The notes under the pieces: generated by a model
Told to the model about the DNA's origin: nothing
What the model saw: the letters and a program-made list of their open reading frames with translations, nothing else
The model's database searches: none
Assembly (NCBI GenBank): GCA_018400015.1
Contig: JAGYNB010000003.1
Location: forward strand, 5,022-69,021
Direction: 5' to 3'
DNA: 64,000 nt
Source: Candidatus Omnitrophota bacterium
GTDB taxonomy: Bacteria > Omnitrophota > Gorgyraeia > Gygaellales > Gygaellaceae
Part shown: in pieces, positions 44,700 through 54,735 of the stretch
Layout of the letters: every line of letters starts with the position of its first letter
Position numbering within the stretch: the stretch's first letter is position 1
Program-made: the position numbers and the translations under genes

Positions 44700-45044
44700 T
44701 TATTTTTTCTTGGATTTCTTTTTTAACGGTATTTCCCTAAAAAAACAACTTCTTTTTCCCGTGTGACACGCCTTACCTACCTGCCTGACCTTTATAAGTA
44801 ACGTATCTGCATCACAATCGTAAAAGATCTTTTTTATGTACTGGAAATGACCTGATGTCATCCCTTTAACCCAATATTCTTTCCTGGAACGTGACCAAAA
44901 ACAGGTTTTGCCTAATTTTAAAGTCTTTGAAATCGAAGCCTTGTTCATATAAGCCAGCATAAGCACCTGGCCGTTTTTATAATCCTGAACGATTGCGGGA
45001 ATCAGACCTTTATCATCAAACTTAAACTTCGGTAATCTTGCCAT
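44700..45044 (-). CDS. hisI: phosphoribosyl-AMP cyclohydrolase (monofunctional HisI)
   Basis: 114 aa with the metal-binding Cys block [29 protein letters not shown]. Confidence 0.85.
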   Translation of the reverse strand: MARLPKFKFDDKGLIPAIVQDYKNGQVLMLAYMNKASISKTLKLGKTCFWSRSRKEYWVKGMTSGHFQYIKKIFYDCDADTLLIKVRQVGKACHTGKRSCFFREIPLKKKSKKK

Positions 45045-45062
45045 ATTCTCGATTCTCCTTGG

Positions 45063-45824
45063 TTAAACTCTAACGTTTATTTTTTTTCTTTTTAAATAAT
45101 TTTTTATTCTGCCAACTTTCAATTCTCGGTAGTGAAACAAACTCGCGGCTAAAGCAGCAGAAACGCGGGATTTTTTAAATACATTATAAAAATCTTCTGT
45201 CCTTCCTGCCCCGCCAGAAGCGATAACGGGGATTTTAACTGAGTTTACTACTTTCTTTGTCAAATCAATATCAAATCCATCCTTAGTACCGTCTCTATCC
45301 ATGCTCGTAAGAAGTATTTCACCAGCCCCTAGGCTTTCAACTTTCTTCGCCCATTTAATTACATCTTTAAACGTGTTAATTCTGCCGCCATTTATAAAGA
45401 CATTCCATTTGTCTTTATTTGCTATTCGTTTAGCGTCAATTGCAACCACAATACACTGACTGCCAAAACGCTTTGCAGCCTGCTTTATCAAGATAGGAGT
45501 TTTTACAGCTGCGGTATTGATAGAAACCTTATCTGCGCCAGCATTTAAAAGATTCCTAATATCATTAATATTACGCACGCCACCGCCGACTGTAAGCGGC
45601 ATAAATATCTGCGAAGCAGTTCGTCTTACCACTTCGAGAATGATATTTCTTTTTTCAAAACTAGCGGTAATATCTAAAAAGACTAACTCGTCCGCACCCT
45701 CACGGTCATAAAATGCTGCATTCTCAACCGGATCACCGGCATCTTTAAGGTTTATAAAATTCACCCCTTTAACCACACGGCCGTTTTTTACATCAAGACA
45801 AGGAATTATTCTTTTCGTTAACAT
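45063..45824 (-). CDS. hisF: imidazole glycerol phosphate synthase cyclase subunit
   Basis: 253 aa starting [23 protein letters not shown]. Confidence 0.9.
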   Translation of the reverse strand: MLTKRIIPCLDVKNGRVVKGVNFINLKDAGDPVENAAFYDREGADELVFLDITASFEKRNIILEVVRRTASQIFMPLTVGGGVRNINDIRNLLNAGADKVSINTAAVKTPILIKQAAKRFGSQCIVVAIDAKRIANKDKWNVFINGGRINTFKDVIKWAKKVESLGAGEILLTSMDRDGTKDGFDIDLTKKVVNSVKIPVIASGGAGRTEDFYNVFKKSRVSAALAASLFHYRELKVGRIKNYLKRKKINVRV

Positions 45825-46539
45825 TTTTTGTAATATTTATTGCTTCGTACAGCTTAAATTTTCCCTCATAAAGAGCCTTGCCGATAATAACTCCATAAGG
45901 AGCTTCTGGTTTAAGATTATTAAGTTTTTTAATATCTTCCAATGAACCTATACCGCCTGCGACAATCAAAGAGATTTCTCCTTGTTCTAAGATTGATTTG
46001 ATCATTTCGGTATTCGGTCCCTGCATAGTTCCGTCGCGGCTGATATCGGTAAAGATAACCGATTTTAACCCAAGATTCTTCAATTGAATTATCCTGTCTA
46101 AACCTGATGCCACAGTTGGCTTAACCCATCCATCGGTAAAAACCTTGTCTCTTATTGTATCAACGCTTACTAGGATCTTATCTTTAAATTCACTCACAAC
46201 TGACTTCAAAAATTCGAAATCCAAGGCCTTTGTACCGATAATCACCTTGGAAACGCCGCTTGAAAGGATATTTATGATCGTAGCTCTATCTCTAACACCA
46301 CCACCGAATTGAACGGGAATATCGATATTCAAACAGATATTACGCACAATATCAAGATTTTTAGGAACTCCGCCAATAGCACCATCAAGATCAACAATAT
46401 GCAATAATTGCGCACCTTGACTCTTCCAAACTTGAGCTGTTTTTAAAGGCTCTGACGAATAAATAGTTTCATCAAACCTACCTTGAGTAAGACGTACTAC
46501 TTTTGAGTTTTTTAAATCTATTGCCGGTATAGCTAACAT
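45793..46539 (-). CDS. hisA: ProFAR isomerase
   Basis: 248 aa starting [17 protein letters not shown]. Confidence 0.85.
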   Translation of the reverse strand: MLAIPAIDLKNSKVVRLTQGRFDETIYSSEPLKTAQVWKSQGAQLLHIVDLDGAIGGVPKNLDIVRNICLNIDIPVQFGGGVRDRATIINILSSGVSKVIIGTKALDFEFLKSVVSEFKDKILVSVDTIRDKVFTDGWVKPTVASGLDRIIQLKNLGLKSVIFTDISRDGTMQGPNTEMIKSILEQGEISLIVAGGIGSLEDIKKLNNLKPEAPYGVIIGKALYEGKFKLYEAINITKNVNEKNNSLS

Positions 46540-47153
46540 AATTCAATAAAATTTTTGATAATTCTTAATCCGATCTTCTGGCTTTTCTCCGGATGAAACT
46601 GCACACCATAAATATTCCCCGCACAAACTGCACTTACAAAGTTATCTGCATAAATAGTATTGCTGAGAATATATTTTTTTTCAACATCTGCGACGCAATA
46701 AGAATGGCAAAAATAAACAAAACTTTTATTCTTAACATTGCTAAATAACTTTGCGGCATTTCTATTTTTCTTATTTAGCACAATCTCGTTCCATCCCATA
46801 TGCGGAACCTTTAAATCCTTATTTGCCTTAAAACGACTTACTTTGCCCTTAAGCAAAGCCAATCCTTTTAAACTGTTTGACTCTTCGCTTTTTTCAAACA
46901 ATAACTGCATACCCAGACAAATCCCCAAATACGGCTTTCCTGACTGAATAAACTTTTTTATTGGCTTGATTAAACCTAATTTTCTAAGCTTGTTAACCGC
47001 ATCTCCAAAGGCGCCTACGCCAGGCAAAATTAACTTTTCAGCTTGCAAAATATCCGTAGCGCAAGAACTTATCTTGACGTTATCCGCAAACCTCTTAAGT
47101 GCTTTGCTAACGCTGTTTAAATTACCGCTTGCATAATCAACTACTACTATCAT
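46533..47153 (-). CDS. hisH: imidazole glycerol phosphate synthase glutaminase subunit
   Basis: 206 aa class I glutamine amidotransferase with GICLGMQ and HPE. Confidence 0.85.
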   Translation of the reverse strand: MIVVVDYASGNLNSVSKALKRFADNVKISSCATDILQAEKLILPGVGAFGDAVNKLRKLGLIKPIKKFIQSGKPYLGICLGMQLLFEKSEESNSLKGLALLKGKVSRFKANKDLKVPHMGWNEIVLNKKNRNAAKLFSNVKNKSFVYFCHSYCVADVEKKYILSNTIYADNFVSAVCAGNIYGVQFHPEKSQKIGLRIIKNFIELC

Positions 47154-47782
47154 TAATCTATCAGTCCCTTGGTTGACGGAACACCTTTTCTTCTTTTATC
47201 AACTTGTGTTGCCTCATCCATGGCTTTACCTAAAGCCTTAAAGACCGGCTCCAACACAGTATGCAAATCATCGTTCTTGCCGGTTATCTTTAATGCCAGG
47301 TTTATACCCAACTTTTTTGTAAACCCTTCAAAGAAATGATTTGCATATTCTAATGAATAACCGCGAATATCTCTTATATGCGTGGCTTTTGAATTTACAA
47401 ACTCAATTGCCCTAAAATGACTCCTGCCGCTAATATCCACCACTACCGTTGCAACAATATCCTCCATAGGCACAATCGAATATGCGCTTCTTTTCAATCC
47501 TGACATCTTACCTAAGGCTTTTTTAAAAGCCTCGCCCAAAACAATACCAATATCTTCGTTGGTATGATGTATATCGATTTTCTTTGCATCGCCTTTTGCT
47601 TTTATATTAAGGTCAAAAAAACCCCAAAACGCAAAAAGTTCAAGCATATGATCAAGTAAACCAATACCGGTATCGATATTTGTCTTACCGTGGCCGTCGA
47701 CATTAAGACTCACTGTAATATTAGTTTCTTTTGTTTTCCTACTGCAGACCACTGCTCTTTTCTTAGAATTCTTTGCTTTCAT
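47153..47782 (-). CDS. hisB: imidazoleglycerol-phosphate dehydratase
   Basis: 209 aa with IGPD family sequence (GLLDHMLELFAFWG..., DIHHTNEDIG). Confidence 0.85.
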   Translation of the reverse strand: MKAKNSKKRAVVCSRKTKETNITVSLNVDGHGKTNIDTGIGLLDHMLELFAFWGFFDLNIKAKGDAKKIDIHHTNEDIGIVLGEAFKKALGKMSGLKRSAYSIVPMEDIVATVVVDISGRSHFRAIEFVNSKATHIRDIRGYSLEYANHFFEGFTKKLGINLALKITGKNDDLHTVLEPVFKALGKAMDEATQVDKRRKGVPSTKGLID

Positions 47783-47796
47783 TAGTCTTCCTTTTT

Positions 47797-49017
47797 TTAA
47801 AACCTTATTTTTACTGATTCCAAATGCTTGACCAATCCTTCTAAATTAGCAACCGTTTCTAAAGGTTTTTTACACTTATCCAACGCCTTTTTAGAATAGG
47901 AAACCACATGTGTAGATTTCATAAAATCATCCAATGTAAGACCAGAAAAGAACCTAGCCGTTCCCATTGTCGGAAGAATATGGCTTGGCCCAGCAACATA
48001 ATCTCCTATAGCAACCGGAGAATATTGCCCTAGAAATACCGCTCCCGCATTTTTAACATTTTTTAAAAGTGCTCTCGGATTATTTACCATGATTTCTAAG
48101 TGCTCAGCAGCTATATCATTGGCTAAATCCACCGCTTCTTTTAAGTTCTTAACCGTAACGATGAAGCTATTTTTTACCTCTTCTTGAGCCAAAACTCTAG
48201 CCAACTTCTTACAGGTTGTAATAACAATGGCCAGCCCCTGTAAGTGTTCAGTTTGCGCTTTTACATCTGCTTTAATAAAATCAGGGTTAGAGAATTTATT
48301 GGCAATTATTACCAGCTCTGTTGGCCCTGCAAGCATATCGATATCGGCAAATCCAAACACCTGTCTTTTTGCCTCAGTAACATAGATATTGCCAGGTCCG
48401 ATAATTTTATCCACTCTAGGAATTGACTTTGTACCGAAGGCCATCGCCGCTATTGCCTGAGCTCCGCCTATTTTATAAATTTCAGTAACCTTAAGCAGAT
48501 TAGCCACAGCTAAAATATAAGGATTTATTGTTTTAGACTTATTCGGCGGACTCATCAAGACTACTCTACGCACACCTGCAAGCTTTGCCGGTAAAACACT
48601 CATATAGACACTTGAGATTAAAGGCGCTGTGCCAGAAGGAATATAAATACCCACGCTATCAAGAGGTTTTTTATATTCACCCAAAAGAATACCTTCTTCG
48701 TCCTTGATTCTCCAAACCTTCTTGGATTGACGCTTGTAGAATCTCGTAACATTATCAAAGATTATCTTAAGTTGAGATACAAATTCCGGCTTGATCTCCT
48801 GAAAGGCCGAACTAATCTCGCCTTGGGATACTTTAATATCGCGCACGTTCAATTTTACTTTATCAAACTTCCGAGTATATTTAATCAATGCTTCATCGCC
48901 AGATAACCTGACATCATCCAAAATCTTTGAAACTTTTTTTACAATATTCTTGTTTGAACTAAAAGACCTGTTTATGATTTTTTTTAGCTTTGAAGAATCC
49001 TTACGAAATATTTTCAT
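47797..49017 (-). CDS. hisD: histidinol dehydrogenase
   Basis: 406 aa. Confidence 0.85.
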   Translation of the reverse strand: MKIFRKDSSKLKKIINRSFSSNKNIVKKVSKILDDVRLSGDEALIKYTRKFDKVKLNVRDIKVSQGEISSAFQEIKPEFVSQLKIIFDNVTRFYKRQSKKVWRIKDEEGILLGEYKKPLDSVGIYIPSGTAPLISSVYMSVLPAKLAGVRRVVLMSPPNKSKTINPYILAVANLLKVTEIYKIGGAQAIAAMAFGTKSIPRVDKIIGPGNIYVTEAKRQVFGFADIDMLAGPTELVIIANKFSNPDFIKADVKAQTEHLQGLAIVITTCKKLARVLAQEEVKNSFIVTVKNLKEAVDLANDIAAEHLEIMVNNPRALLKNVKNAGAVFLGQYSPVAIGDYVAGPSHILPTMGTARFFSGLTLDDFMKSTHVVSYSKKALDKCKKPLETVANLEGLVKHLESVKIRF

Positions 49018-51604
49018 CGATCAACCTCTTGCTTAATTTAACCGCTTCTTCCATTGCCTCATCTAGCTTTTTTGGTTTATCTCCGCCAGCCTGGGCAAAA
49101 TCAGGCCTTCCTCCGCCTGAACCACCGATAATCGGTGCGATTTGTTTTATTAATAATGGTGCATTAATTCCTTTATCCTGCAACTCTTTAGATACGCCTA
49201 CTACAATATTAACATTATCTTCTAAAATACCGCCTAACACAACTATAAAATTATTCATTATGTTAGATTTATAATAATCGTGGAGCATACGTAAGATGTT
49301 TTTGCTTCCCTTTTCAATATTTTGAACTTTCAAAGTGTAACTTTTATAATTATCTGCTGAAGAGCTCTGTTGAACAATTATTTTTACATACAACTCATCG
49401 AGACGCTTAGTAACATTTTTTATCTTTGTATTTAATAACTTGTACTGCTCATTAAATTCATTCTTTCCAAGGATATCGACAATCTCCTTAGCTAAACTCA
49501 AAGACTCATTCTTGTATTCGTTAGCCTTATCGGCTGTAAGCGCCTCGATTCTTCTAACGCCTTTGGCAATAGAAGATTCTGAAATTATCTTAAAATCCTT
49601 TACATCATGGGTATTATCAAGATGTGTTCCCCCGCAGAGTTCTTTGGAAAAGTCTCCAACCGTAACCATGCGGACTTGCGAATCATATTTTTCAGCAAAA
49701 AACATCAATGCGCCTGACTTTTTCGCTGTGTCAAGTGTAACCACTTCTTTTTTAAGTGCGATTGACTGTTTTATTTTTGCGTTAACCAAAGATTCAATTT
49801 TTCTTATCTCGTCGCCTGAAAGTGCATTAAAATGCGTAAAATCGAACCTTAAACGGTCTGCCTCAACAAAAGAACCGGACTGCTTAATGTGTTCGCCCAA
49901 AACTTCTCTTAAGGCAGCATGTATTAAATGCGTTGCTGTATGCGCACGAGTTACCGCGCTTCTGAATTCATAATCAATCACTGCCGTAACATCTTCCTTA
50001 AGATGAAATTCTCCTTTCATCACCTTACCGATATGCACAATCGCCTTATCTTGTTTTATAACAGCCTCGACTTTAAAAACAGAATCATTGTTTACGATCT
50101 CCCCTTTATCTGAAACCTGTCCTCCTCCTTCGGCATAAAAAGGAGTTTTTTCTAAAACAATGCTTACGGATTCACCTTGTTTAACCGTATCAACCTCAGT
50201 TTTATCCTTGAATATGTGAATTATCTTTGCGGTGTCTCTTTTTAGATCATACCCGATGAATGAACATTTAGTTTTAGAAAAGTCAATTCCACTATCTACA
50301 AAAATGTCTCCGGTCATGGAGCTTTTTTTCTTTGAACTCAGTTTCTGGTTCTCTAAAAACTTATTAAAACAACCGATATCGATATTTTTGTTATTTTTCT
50401 TCGTCCATTCAAGCGTAATCTCCAAAGGGATCCCATAGGTGTCATATAGTGTAAAAGCCGCAAGGCCCGTATCTTTGCAAGAATCGAACTGCTGTTTTAT
50501 TATCTTATCAGAACAATTAATCAATTTGATAAAATCCTTTTCTTCTGATAAAACAATGGAAGCAATTTCAGAATGTCTATTTTCAAGCTCAGGATAGGGC
50601 TTTTTCATTACACTTGCCACTATTGGAACAAGCCGATATAAAAACTCTTCCTTTATGTCTAAATTTTTCAATGCCATTACGGATTTACGGATAAGTTTTC
50701 TTACTATATAACCCCTATTCTCGTTTGATGGCATTACAGAATCATTTATCGCAAATACAACAGCTCTGATATGATCAGCGATTATATTTAAAGACTGTGT
50801 ATCGTGCGCTAAATCTTTACCGATATGTTTTCTAATTTCATCAATTATTGGCTTAAATATATCAATTTCAAAATTCGTACGCACATTTTGCATAACCGAT
50901 GCCATGCGTTCTAAACCCATACCGGTGTCTATATTTTTATTCTTTAAAGGCTCTAATTGTTCTAGCCCCGTACGATTGTACTGAGTAAATACAAGATTCC
51001 AAATCTCTACGAATCTTCCACAATCACACGCCGGCGAACAATCCATCTTTTTACAACCGGAATCTTTACCGTTATCGAAAAATATCTCTGAACAAGGTCC
51101 GCATGGTCCGTTTGGCCCAAGCTTTGGCGCGTCTGCGGGCCAGAAATTTTTATCTGCTGCCAACTTTACGATCCGTTCCTTTTTCAAACCAACGGTATCT
51201 ATCCATATTCTATACGCCTCTTCGTCATCCTCAAACACAGAAACCCACAATTTATCTTTAGCTATATTCAATTTCTCGGTAACAAATTCCCACGCCCATT
51301 GAATTGCCTCTTGCTTAAAATAATCACCAAAAGAGAAATTCCCGAGCATTTCAAAAAAAGTATGGTGAAAATCTGTCTTTCCGATTTTATCAAGGTCATC
51401 TGTCCTAAGGCATTTCTGACAGCTTGTAGCCCGGCTAAAATCATCAACCTGCCCCATAAACTCTTTTTTAAACTGATTCATACCAGCACAGGTGAATAAA
51501 AGCGTAGGATCATCCCTTGGCACAAGACGATCGCTCTCAACGACCTTGTGTTTTTTTTCCTTAAAAAATAGCAAAAACTTGTCTCTTAATTCGTCTGTTT
51601 TCAT
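49001..51604 (-). CDS. alaS: alanine--tRNA ligase
   Basis: 867 aa class II aaRS with editing domain motifs HTATHLIHAALREVLG and CGGTH. Confidence 0.9.
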   Translation of the reverse strand: MKTDELRDKFLLFFKEKKHKVVESDRLVPRDDPTLLFTCAGMNQFKKEFMGQVDDFSRATSCQKCLRTDDLDKIGKTDFHHTFFEMLGNFSFGDYFKQEAIQWAWEFVTEKLNIAKDKLWVSVFEDDEEAYRIWIDTVGLKKERIVKLAADKNFWPADAPKLGPNGPCGPCSEIFFDNGKDSGCKKMDCSPACDCGRFVEIWNLVFTQYNRTGLEQLEPLKNKNIDTGMGLERMASVMQNVRTNFEIDIFKPIIDEIRKHIGKDLAHDTQSLNIIADHIRAVVFAINDSVMPSNENRGYIVRKLIRKSVMALKNLDIKEEFLYRLVPIVASVMKKPYPELENRHSEIASIVLSEEKDFIKLINCSDKIIKQQFDSCKDTGLAAFTLYDTYGIPLEITLEWTKKNNKNIDIGCFNKFLENQKLSSKKKSSMTGDIFVDSGIDFSKTKCSFIGYDLKRDTAKIIHIFKDKTEVDTVKQGESVSIVLEKTPFYAEGGGQVSDKGEIVNNDSVFKVEAVIKQDKAIVHIGKVMKGEFHLKEDVTAVIDYEFRSAVTRAHTATHLIHAALREVLGEHIKQSGSFVEADRLRFDFTHFNALSGDEIRKIESLVNAKIKQSIALKKEVVTLDTAKKSGALMFFAEKYDSQVRMVTVGDFSKELCGGTHLDNTHDVKDFKIISESSIAKGVRRIEALTADKANEYKNESLSLAKEIVDILGKNEFNEQYKLLNTKIKNVTKRLDELYVKIIVQQSSSADNYKSYTLKVQNIEKGSKNILRMLHDYYKSNIMNNFIVVLGGILEDNVNIVVGVSKELQDKGINAPLLIKQIAPIIGGSGGGRPDFAQAGGDKPKKLDEAMEEAVKLSKRLIDENIS

Positions 51605-52074
51605 AACTGGTTTACAACCTGCTGAATATCCTGGGGATAATAACCGCGGCGTGAAAGATAACCATACAGCCTTCTTTTTGCCTTGATGGGATCCCTACAT
51701 GATTTTAGTATCTTCTCAAACTTACTCCTGGCAAGATTCTGAATTACTTCTTCATCTTTATATCGATTACCAACTTCATCCAAGAATTTGCCAATCGTTT
51801 GTTTATCTATACCCTTTCTTCTTAACTCATAAACTATTCTTTTAGTTCCGAAATTATTTTGTTTTCGGTATGATATCCATTCCTTGGTAAATTCTTCATC
51901 GTTTAAAAACTTCTTTTCTTTTAAAAAACCAATTAACGTCTCGATTGTATTGCTTGAGAAGTTTTTCTGTTTTAGTTTTTGTCTTATCTCTTCGCAGCTT
52001 CTTAAGCGATACTTCAAAAGCCTAAAAGCGCTTGCCTTTGCTTTTTCAAAGTCAACATTAGTCTTGCTCTGCAT
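51601..52074 (-). CDS. recX: RecA regulator RecX
   Basis: 157 aa RecX-like helical repeat protein located next to alaS. Confidence 0.7.
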   Translation of the reverse strand: MQSKTNVDFEKAKASAFRLLKYRLRSCEEIRQKLKQKNFSSNTIETLIGFLKEKKFLNDEEFTKEWISYRKQNNFGTKRIVYELRRKGIDKQTIGKFLDEVGNRYKDEEVIQNLARSKFEKILKSCRDPIKAKRRLYGYLSRRGYYPQDIQQVVNQL

Positions 52075-53575
52075 TGACTATCGTGTACCCCTTTGACGTA
52101 TGCACCAAAGCCGAGCTCTTTTTATCTATTGACTTAATAATCTTCTCAAATTCTTTTACATTTGAAATCTTTTTATGCTCTATGGCATAGATTACATCGC
52201 CCTTAGAAAGCAATGCCTCGCTTGCAGACGTATTACGCTCAATGTTTACGATCACAACGCCTTCGGTATCTTTTAAATCATAAAACTTGGCTATCTGAGG
52301 AGTAATATCAGTTACCACAATACCCCTCCAAGAGACAGTTGACTTTTCCTCTTCGGTTTGCGGCTTTCCTTGTAAATCCGTCATATCCGGACGCTCACCT
52401 AAAGTCACCCTTACATTAATAGTTTTCTTGTTTCTAACAACTTTTAAATTAATCTTTTTACCTACTTGTGTTCTTCCTACCTTTCTAATCAAACCTTGGA
52501 TATTATCAACAGCTTCATTCTCGAACTCTATAATTACATCACCTTCTTTAAGACCTGCTTTTCCAGCAGGACTATCCTCTAAAACCTTAGCAACTAATGC
52601 GCCTTTAGTGGAATCTACGCTAAATTTAGCTGCCAAATCATCATCTAGGTTTTGCACTGTAACACCTAACCAACCATACGCGATCTTTTTACCTTCAATT
52701 AAATTAGATATTATCCTTTTTGCCACATTTATAGGAATCGCAAAACCTATGCCCTGATAACCACCGGAAGTGCTAAAAATCGCTGCGTTAATACCTACTA
52801 CTTCTCCTTTTAAATTAACTAAAGGTCCGCCGGAATTACCCGGATTGATTGCAGCATCCGTCTGAATAAGATCCGTATAATCGCTTTCTCTCCTTAAACC
52901 CATGCCAAGAGTTCTATGAAGAGCGCTTACCACACCCACAGTAACAGTTGGCTCTGTGCTATTCAAATACGCTCCGAAAGGATTACCAATAGCCACAACC
53001 CACTGACCGGTTTTTATCTCGTCTGAATCACCAAGTTCAGCAACTGGCAGATTCTTCTCATTTATCTTTATTATTGCCAGATCCGATCTTGGATCAGCAC
53101 CTTTAACCTGCGCTTCCGACTCTCGGCCATCAGACAGACTTACGATTATTTTATCGGCGTTTTTTATTACATGTTCGTTGGTTAAAATATGACCTTCTTC
53201 ATCAATTATAACACCGGAACCTAGACCTTTCTGCTTGAATTCTCTTTCGGGAATTTCACCAAAAAAATCTTCAAAAAACTTCTTCATAAATTCGTCTTCT
53301 CCGAACTGTTCAAAAGGTGAAAGGCCAAAACCAAAACTTCTCGTAGGAATTTTTTCCGTTGCTTCAACGGAAATCGAAACAACTGCTTTGCCTACCCTGC
53401 TAGCAACTCTTTGCACAGCAGTTTCAAAACCATTATCAACAAACACACCAGGCTTATCCGATTGCACAGCCTGAACATTATTGGAAAAATTTGTCCTTGC
53501 TGAGATAACAAAACCTACAGCTACGCCAATTGAAATTATCGCTGCAAAAAATATGCCTTTTTTTATAGTCTTCAT
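52058..53575 (-). CDS. htrA: periplasmic serine endoprotease DegP/HtrA family (trypsin domain plus two PDZ domains)
   Basis: 505 aa. N-terminal signal/anchor sequence, with His, Asp and GNSGGPL catalytic triad motifs. Confidence 0.85.
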   Translation of the reverse strand: MKTIKKGIFFAAIISIGVAVGFVISARTNFSNNVQAVQSDKPGVFVDNGFETAVQRVASRVGKAVVSISVEATEKIPTRSFGFGLSPFEQFGEDEFMKKFFEDFFGEIPEREFKQKGLGSGVIIDEEGHILTNEHVIKNADKIIVSLSDGRESEAQVKGADPRSDLAIIKINEKNLPVAELGDSDEIKTGQWVVAIGNPFGAYLNSTEPTVTVGVVSALHRTLGMGLRRESDYTDLIQTDAAINPGNSGGPLVNLKGEVVGINAAIFSTSGGYQGIGFAIPINVAKRIISNLIEGKKIAYGWLGVTVQNLDDDLAAKFSVDSTKGALVAKVLEDSPAGKAGLKEGDVIIEFENEAVDNIQGLIRKVGRTQVGKKINLKVVRNKKTINVRVTLGERPDMTDLQGKPQTEEEKSTVSWRGIVVTDITPQIAKFYDLKDTEGVVIVNIERNTSASEALLSKGDVIYAIEHKKISNVKEFEKIIKSIDKKSSALVHTSKGYTIVNAEQD

Positions 53576-53605
53576 TGCCCCCTCCTAACAATTATTTGAA
53601 CAAAC

Positions 53606-54619
53606 TTAAGATTTAAGTTTAGTTTTAATTTCCTTTTCAATATTAGCAACAACCTTAGGATTTTCTTTCAAAAAGTTTCTCGACTGCTCTTTTCCTTGAG
53701 CAAGCTTATCTTCGTTAAACAATATCCAAGAACCGGATCTTTTTAGTATCTCAAGCTTTATACCGAAATCAATCAAATTGCCTAGTTTTGATATTCCTTC
53801 TTCATGTAAAATATCAAACTCTGTTTCACGAAACGGAGGAGCAACTTTATTTTTTACTATCTTTGCCCTAACTCGCGAACCGATTATCTGATCGCCTGAT
53901 TTGATAGCGCCGATTCTTCTTACATCTATTCTTACCGATGAATAAAATTTTAACGCCCTTCCGCCTGTGGTTGTTTCGGGATTGCCAAACATTATCCCGA
54001 TCTTCTCCCTAATCTGATTAATAAACACGACGCAGGTCTTTGATTTACTGATTGCGCCTGTAAGTTTTCGCAATGCCTGGCTCATTAAACGCGCATGCAA
54101 ACCAACATGAGAATCACCCATATCACCTTCTATTTCCGCACGTGGTGTTAATGCAGCCACAGAATCTATAACCACCAAATCAACGGCATTAGACCTAACT
54201 AAAGTCTCGGTAATCTCCAGGGCTTGCTCTCCTGTATCAGGCTGGGAAATCAATAAATCGTCCAGATTCACGCCGACTTTTTTTGCATAGGTTGAATCAA
54301 ACGCATGTTCTGCGTCGATAAAAGCAGCAACGCCACCTTTCTTCTGTAATTCTGAAATTACACTAAAGGTAAGTGTTGTCTTGCCCGATGCCTCAGGACC
54401 ATAAACTTCAATTACTCTGCCTCTTGGAAATCCCCCCACGCCTAAAGCCATATCCAAACCCATAATCCCGGTAGGAATGGCCTCAACATCAAGCCTGATA
54501 TTCTGATCAAGCTTCATGATTGAACCCTTACCAAACTGTTTCTCAATCTGGGAAAGAGCCAACTCTAAAGCCTTTTCTTTATTGGTTATTTCTGTTTTCG
54601 AAGTCTTGTTTTGCACCAT
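53606..54619 (-). CDS. recA: recombinase RecA
   Basis: 337 aa with GPEASGKTT (Walker A). The RBS AGGAGG lies upstream. Confidence 0.95.
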   Translation of the reverse strand: MVQNKTSKTEITNKEKALELALSQIEKQFGKGSIMKLDQNIRLDVEAIPTGIMGLDMALGVGGFPRGRVIEVYGPEASGKTTLTFSVISELQKKGGVAAFIDAEHAFDSTYAKKVGVNLDDLLISQPDTGEQALEITETLVRSNAVDLVVIDSVAALTPRAEIEGDMGDSHVGLHARLMSQALRKLTGAISKSKTCVVFINQIREKIGIMFGNPETTTGGRALKFYSSVRIDVRRIGAIKSGDQIIGSRVRAKIVKNKVAPPFRETEFDILHEEGISKLGNLIDFGIKLEILKRSGSWILFNEDKLAQGKEQSRNFLKENPKVVANIEKEIKTKLKS

Positions 54620-54647
54620 TTTAACCTCCTATTATTTAAGGATTTAC

Positions 54648-54676
54648 ATTATATAACACTACCCTGATTATGTCAA
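54648..54676 (-). promoter_or_regulatory. consensus sigma70 promoter for recA
   Basis: On the minus strand, TTGACA at 54676-54671 and TATAAT at 54653-54648, with a 17-nt spacer. A ~28-nt leader with AGGAGG follows. Confidence 0.6.
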
Positions 54677-54735
54677 TAACCTGCAAGCGTTCTGCCTTGA
54701 CAAAGAAATGTTTCTATGTTAGTCTTGAAATCAAC

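Noticed and set aside
49440-49973. 177-aa plus-strand ORF inside alaS
   Set aside because: It is antisense to a fully conserved AlaRS catalytic region, with no RBS and a low-complexity sequence.
54670-54735. 22-aa N-terminal extension of the GAF-GGDEF ORF starting at 54670
   Set aside because: It overlaps the recA -35 box, has no RBS, and the sequence MSITCKRSALTKKCFYVSLEIN shows no homology. The GAF region begins after the ATG at 54736.
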